Below are positions 59,221-64,000 of a DNA stretch of 64,000 nt, piece after piece (the stretch's first letter is position 1; each line of letters begins with the position of its first letter). The notes beneath the pieces were generated by a model. The model made no database searches, was not told the origin of the DNA, and saw nothing but the letters and a program-made list of their open reading frames with translations. Origin of the DNA: Candidatus Poseidoniales archaeon (GTDB taxonomy: Archaea; Thermoplasmatota; Poseidoniia; Poseidoniales; Thalassarchaeaceae); assembly GCA_012964335.1 (NCBI GenBank), contig DTUF01000037.1, positions 21,411-85,410 on the forward strand, written 5' to 3'. The position numbers and the translations under genes are program-made.

Positions 59221-62200
59221 TTATCTGCGGCGGTCTCGGAGTTGTTTGAGTCTTAATTCAAACTCGTCTAACTCCTCCTCAGGTGGTTCGGGCTCTGCTT
59301 CCTCTATTTCAATCAGACTTTCCTGAATTTCAGTTACATCTGTATCCTCTTCAGTGGAAGTGGATGGTGTATCATCATCTAGTTGAATTGAACTTTCTCT
59401 TTCAGCAACTTCTGGTTTTGGTTGTGGTTTAGGACGTGCTTGCTGTTTCACCTTCTTGGTCGCCTTTCTTGGGGCAGTTGCAAGCGGTTGAAGAGACGCT
59501 GGCTTGATGATACCAAGCAACCAAAGAACTGCAATGATTAGGAAACCTGTGCCAATAGCATAGACTGCGTTACTGCCGACAGGGAGTATATTTGGTTTAG
59601 TTGAGAGCAGCAACTCATGTGTGTTGTCAGCCGGATTATCATCAATATCCCATGGTGCTTGGCATGAGAATGTAGCATTTACCGGAGTAGTTGAATCCCC
59701 AGTAGGTCTAGGAACCGATAGTTTTGGGGCAAGAGTTGCAGAAATATCTACTGCAATCTCCATTGACCAGTCTCCTTGGGACATTTCAACAACGCAGATG
59801 GAGTCTGTCATTATCTGATGGTTTTCACGGTTGAATAAGACATTGATATCACCTGATGTGGTTTCTTCAAGTTCAATGCCAACATTCCAACCTGATGACC
59901 TAACAACATAATGTTGCGAATTTGTACTCTGTAATCTTCCATCAGATGAAAACACTAGGACGGTCAATTCATGCACTCCTGTAGTTGGATTCCAACCGGT
60001 CGTTGAGAGATTGACAGTGTCCTCTTTATTTGCCTCAACCACACCATTTCTTGAATTTACCAATGTCCCATCTTCAGCGCGTAAAAGAATTGACCACGTA
60101 AATGGGGAACTACCATTGTAGATATTACAAGATACCAAAGGTTCGGTTGATAGGTCTGAATCAATAGTGCATGTCACTTGGCGACTAGTAGTCATCTGCA
60201 TATGTGCTGTGTAAAATAAACTCACATCACCTTGAGAGTTACTGACAATCAGTGTACCATCTCCACTTGGAGACGGCAGTATCCAACCATTTTGGGTTTG
60301 TTCAAGGGAGGTTCCACCTTCCGTCACAGAATTGATTAAACTGCCATGGAAATTTACAACCTTATCATCACCCATAGAACCCCACATGACAGGACTTGTT
60401 GCCCAAGCCACATCAGAGAATAGGACTTCAGCATTTAATGTTGCAATTTTCCCCCCTGAATCGGTAACTTTGACTTCAATAGAAAAATTCGATTGGTCCC
60501 AATTAGCATCTGGAATGAGGTCAATTGGAACTCCTTTCATCTCACCCCATGCAAGTGAAATGTTTGCCTCAGTTGGTGCCCAACCCAATGGTAATCCTAT
60601 CAGTTCAACATGCAGTTGGTTAGCAGCATTACCTAGGTTTGCAATAGTAATTCTTGGCATCCCTCCCGAATCACTAACCTGCCAGCCCTCCCAATCGTTA
60701 GGGGTGGTTGCGGCGAAATCATATGCTGGTTGAATCCTTAATGGTAGGATAGTTTCACCAGTACCCCTGCCATCACCATTACGTGCGATGATAGTCATTT
60801 CAGCAGTAGGTCCAGATATCGCCCCTTCTGGGGGTTCAATATACACTTGAATCGTCATTGTCTCGCCAGGGTCTAGGAAGGGTAAATCATCTGTTAAAGT
60901 CAGATTCCATCCGACTGCATCAATAGACGCAGATAGGTAAGCACGTGAGGGTGAGTTCCCTCTTTGGTCTAATTCTAATGTGATATTTGAGCCACCGGGG
61001 GCAACATCTAGGTCACTACCAGTAGCACGAATAATCCAAAGTGGTTGAGAAATCACTTCAACATCAACAGTAAATGTTTGTAGTAATAGGCCATCAGATG
61101 ATAACTCTAATTCAATGGATGCTATGGTGCCATTCCATGCTAATTCTGGAATTGTTAGCGCCAACTCAATTGTATTACTTTGATTGACGTCTAAAGTGCC
61201 ACTATTTCCATTTCCAAGTAACCAGCCAATATTTGTGTCATTACCCTGTAGCGTGAGGGTAAGGCTTGAAGAAACATCTAGAGTATCATCAAAGTTGCCA
61301 ATATTTTCTACCACTAGAGAAAGATAGGTTGAGGTCCCGGGGGTAGTGAACACACTTCCGCCTGATTCAACAGTTCTGTCATTGTCTAGTAGGCTAACAT
61401 TCCATCGGTGGTCTTGCCTAGCTTCAATTTCCATGACTACAGAGTCAACAACTGAGTCGTCCCCCTGTGAGCGAAGTGAAAATTCCAATAACATTCCTTG
61501 GCGGGCTGGTGTATCATGAGGTAGAGTAACTTGAATTGGCACTTGACTCAAACCAGCAGCATTGATTGAGAAGGTTGGAGTGGGGATTGAGAAAATAATT
61601 CCGGGGTCTTCGGTAAAGTTCTCGTTAGCAATCAATCTGCCAATCAAGTCAAAAGTGTCAGGTCCATTTCCTGGATTTTCTAATTTTAATACTATCCACG
61701 TCGGTTCTGAGACATTCATTAAGATAGTTTCTCCCAATGGGCTAATGACTGTAATTTGAGAACGGAATACTTGCAATACTTGCATTGAGAAATCAAGATT
61801 ATAACCGCTGAAATTCGACTCGTTCACAGCGAATGGATGAAATTGGGGTGGTGCATCAACAGGCTGGTCTAGTGTCAGTAAGCCACTGAAACTTGACCCT
61901 GCGATACCGTGGCAAGATAGCAAAGTGCTAACTAATTGGCAATCACCACTTGCTTGCCAGTTCCAACCGCTAATTAGCATTCCACTAGATTGTAAATCCC
62001 AAGAGAGATTGTTAGCAGACAGTGGCAGAATACCATCAATACCCCAACTAATTCCGGTTGCTGGAATACTGCGGAAATTGTCAGGGCTGACAGCAAGCCC
62101 ATTGGCAACAAATGAAATGTCAATTTCTCGACAGACTTCTTCAGAGCCAGTTCCGATACAGATTGACAGGGTCGTTGTAACACTATCACCAAGAGTTGTT

Positions 62201-64000
62201 GAACCGGGTACGGGAAGTTTCGCGTGTAGTTCTAACTGTTCACCTGGGGCTAGGGTGATAAGTGTTAATTCTCCATTTTGGTCGTGAAGTGTAAGGTCAT
62301 TACCCCAAGAGGTTGGGTCCCATGCTGTTCTACTCACTGTCTCCTCAGCATTGCCCAGATTTTCTACCAATAGCCATGCACTACCTAGTGAGTCAGGTAA
62401 GCCATAACCGGTTGTCTCAGCAGTACCGGCAGGTCCTCTGACAGACAAGCCACGTGTTCTATTTGCTTCTACAGGAAGAATTGAGGAAACAGTGATGTTT
62501 GCATCTTCATCTAACGTCATTGTAATTGTCAAATGACCACTGTCTGAGCCCAGTGCTTCTGCAGGGGCTGAAATTCTAACGGTAGCTGTCCATGGCTGTT
62601 CAGGCTCTATTTGAATTGAAGTAGATCCTCCGTTAGATATGTCCTGTACTGTCCAATTGTTTGGTAAGGTTGAGTCATCAATTGACATTGTCCAAACCCC
62701 TGCTAGACGCCCAATAGATGAAATTGGGATGTCAACGTCCATACTTGAATCGGGGTCAACTCTAGGTGGGTCAACCGGTATACCGATTGAAACATCATAG
62801 GGTTCTACTATGGTAATCTCTACGGTTTGTTCATCATTATCAAACCGTGATTGACTGAGATTCCCATATGGGTCTACAACGATTCTTGCGCTGTGCGAGC
62901 CTAGCACCGCGGTTAATTCAACAGAAAATGAGGAGAAGGTTCCACCTCCGGTAGGTGCGACAGGGTCCATTTCTGAAAGTCGGATGGATTCAACTATCAC
63001 TCCATCATAGTAGAGAACTGCATCAACCGCTTCCCCGCTGGCAACAGTACCGACATTTTCGATGTAGGCAGTTGCAGTGAATGTCTCACCGGGGTCTGGC
63101 TGGCTAGGTGTAAATTGTATCCCTCTGCCATCAATAAATGGCCTAATATCTGGGGCTTCTCGTGAAATTAGAGTATCACCAATAATGATGTCAAGTGCGC
63201 CATCACCATCTAAATCGGCCAATGCTGGTGCTGCCCAAACTCTGTGTGGCAAGTCAAGTTCATCGGTCCAACCTGACCCTATACCTGCCTGAGTTCCACT
63301 GTCTCCATCCCATGCCCATAGTGTGCGGCCAAAACTGACAACGGTTTCTGGTGCGCCTTGTCCGTCTAAGTCAAGATGGAAAGGCGGTGAGACCGCAATC
63401 TCATCATTTGGATTGCCTGAACTTCGGTCCATTAGATGTGAGAACTCTAGTGAGGGGCCAAGAGTTCCCGTGACATCGTGACACCCAGATACACCTTTTC
63501 GGTCGGTGTCAATACGATACCATGTTACCCAACAAACTCTGTCGTCAATACCATCCCCTGTGGTGTCAAAAACATCTGGAGGGGCTTCGCCGAATCCATT
63601 TGTCGCTCTGAAAGACCATAATTGTGAGGCGTCATTGACTTCTAACCCAATGTATTCTGCACCATCTCCTGTACTACCTCCATCAATATCAGTCGGGATA
63701 GTGACTACCATTTCTGCTCCCGGTGTTCCATCAAGTTCAGCGACTACAGGACCGGGTAGCCTGATGTGTGGTGAATCTGTATTTCCATCAAGATTGTTGA
63801 GTGAAACACCGCCCCAGTGAGGGGCGCCGTTTGCTCCGTCCAGTCGCCATACCCAGATATTGCCATCACTTGGATTAATTGTTGTTAGCAACACTGCTGA
63901 GTGCGTGTCATCTATCTTTACCCATGCAGGGTCAGATGGAATCTCTCCATAGTCAAGGCTGACTTGCCACATCGGACTTGGCACACCCCCGGCAATTAAT
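59221..64000 (-). CDS. Giant surface protein with an N-terminal FG-GAP/integrin-alpha-like propeller, many CARDB/Ig-like domains, a C-terminal TM and a charged tail. The N-terminus probably lies beyond the right edge (partial).
   Basis: FG-GAP-type Ca loops include DLDGDGALDIIIGD, DTTGDGIDDRV, LDLDGQGAPE and AELDGTPGAEM. CARDB-like motifs include IENVGTVASGE, VENLGNAEE, LENPGNGPD, VENIGNFDD and IANLGNAAN. The TM is GTGFLIIAVLWLLGII, with the tail ARPKPQPKPEVAE... plus an acidic region. The track start at 63984 is a GTG with no signal peptide, and the frame stays open to base 64000 (..LIAGGVPSPMW). Confidence 0.85.
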   Translation of the reverse strand, partial: LIAGGVPSPMWQVSLDYGEIPSDPAWVKIDDTHSAVLLTTINPSDGNIWVWRLDGANGAPHWGGVSLNNLDGNTDSPHIRLPGPVVAELDGTPGAEMVVTIPTDIDGGSTGDGAEYIGLEVNDASQLWSFRATNGFGEAPPDVFDTTGDGIDDRVCWVTWYRIDTDRKGVSGCHDVTGTLGPSLEFSHLMDRSSGNPNDEIAVSPPFHLDLDGQGAPETVVSFGRTLWAWDGDSGTQAGIGSGWTDELDLPHRVWAAPALADLDGDGALDIIIGDTLISREAPDIRPFIDGRGIQFTPSQPDPGETFTATAYIENVGTVASGEAVDAVLYYDGVIVESIRLSEMDPVAPTGGGTFSSFSVELTAVLGSHSARIVVDPYGNLSQSRFDNDEQTVEITIVEPYDVSIGIPVDPPRVDPDSSMDVDIPISSIGRLAGVWTMSIDDSTLPNNWTVQDISNGGSTSIQIEPEQPWTATVRISAPAEALGSDSGHLTITMTLDEDANITVSSILPVEANRTRGLSVRGPAGTAETTGYGLPDSLGSAWLLVENLGNAEETVSRTAWDPTSWGNDLTLHDQNGELTLITLAPGEQLELHAKLPVPGSTTLGDSVTTTLSICIGTGSEEVCREIDISFVANGLAVSPDNFRSIPATGISWGIDGILPLSANNLSWDLQSSGMLISGWNWQASGDCQLVSTLLSCHGIAGSSFSGLLTLDQPVDAPPQFHPFAVNESNFSGYNLDFSMQVLQVFRSQITVISPLGETILMNVSEPTWIVLKLENPGNGPDTFDLIGRLIANENFTEDPGIIFSIPTPTFSINAAGLSQVPIQVTLPHDTPARQGMLLEFSLRSQGDDSVVDSVVMEIEARQDHRWNVSLLDNDRTVESGGSVFTTPGTSTYLSLVVENIGNFDDTLDVSSSLTLTLQGNDTNIGWLLGNGNSGTLDVNQSNTIELALTIPELAWNGTIASIELELSSDGLLLQTFTVDVEVISQPLWIIRATGSDLDVAPGGSNITLELDQRGNSPSRAYLSASIDAVGWNLTLTDDLPFLDPGETMTIQVYIEPPEGAISGPTAEMTIIARNGDGRGTGETILPLRIQPAYDFAATTPNDWEGWQVSDSGGMPRITIANLGNAANQLHVELIGLPLGWAPTEANISLAWGEMKGVPIDLIPDANWDQSNFSIEVKVTDSGGKIATLNAEVLFSDVAWATSPVMWGSMGDDKVVNFHGSLINSVTEGGTSLEQTQNGWILPSPSGDGTLIVSNSQGDVSLFYTAHMQMTTSRQVTCTIDSDLSTEPLVSCNIYNGSSPFTWSILLRAEDGTLVNSRNGVVEANKEDTVNLSTTGWNPTTGVHELTVLVFSSDGRLQSTNSQHYVVRSSGWNVGIELEETTSGDINVLFNRENHQIMTDSICVVEMSQGDWSMEIAVDISATLAPKLSVPRPTGDSTTPVNATFSCQAPWDIDDNPADNTHELLLSTKPNILPVGSNAVYAIGTGFLIIAVLWLLGIIKPASLQPLATAPRKATKKVKQQARPKPQPKPEVAERESSIQLDDDTPSTSTEEDTDVTEIQESLIEIEEAEPEPPEEELDEFELRLKQLRDRRR

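Overview
The window reads as an archaeal chromosomal segment. Archaeal hallmarks are aIF6, RNase P Rpp21/Rnp4, type II GAPDH, archaeosine synthase ArcS, archaeal S15, archaeal-type GluRS and PheRS-beta, RNase HII, and pilin-like proteins with class III signal peptides. A DnaJ, a bacterial-type Adk and a 23S-5S rRNA pair without 16S make an uncultured marine Thermoplasmatota-like lineage (for example Marine Group II/III) the most likely source; that is inference only. I can support about 43 CDS, one 23S rRNA and one 5S rRNA. I found no tRNA, CRISPR array, transposase, integrase, or recognisable defence or toxin-antitoxin genes. About 47% of the bases (roughly 30 kb) encode very large secreted or membrane-anchored surface proteins interleaved with housekeeping genes. 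These are two pilin-like proteins, a 1910-aa protein rich in Ca-binding repeats, a 1792-aa protein, a 1598-aa membrane-anchored subtilase, a >1590-aa FG-GAP/CARDB protein and three 700-790-aa proteins. The best leads for something undescribed are:
- the tandem giant gene pair at 4083-15383, with a stop-free in-frame EF-hand segment directly after its TAA stop;
- the coupled large pilin-like genes at the left edge;
- a pyroglutamyl-peptidase/Nudix fusion;
- a domain-permuted GXGXG/glutamate-synthase-like protein;
- polyproline cytoplasmic tails shared by two giant surface proteins;
- a U at the 23S peptidyl-transferase position equivalent to E. coli C2452.
All domain calls come from motif reading by eye. 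No searches were run.
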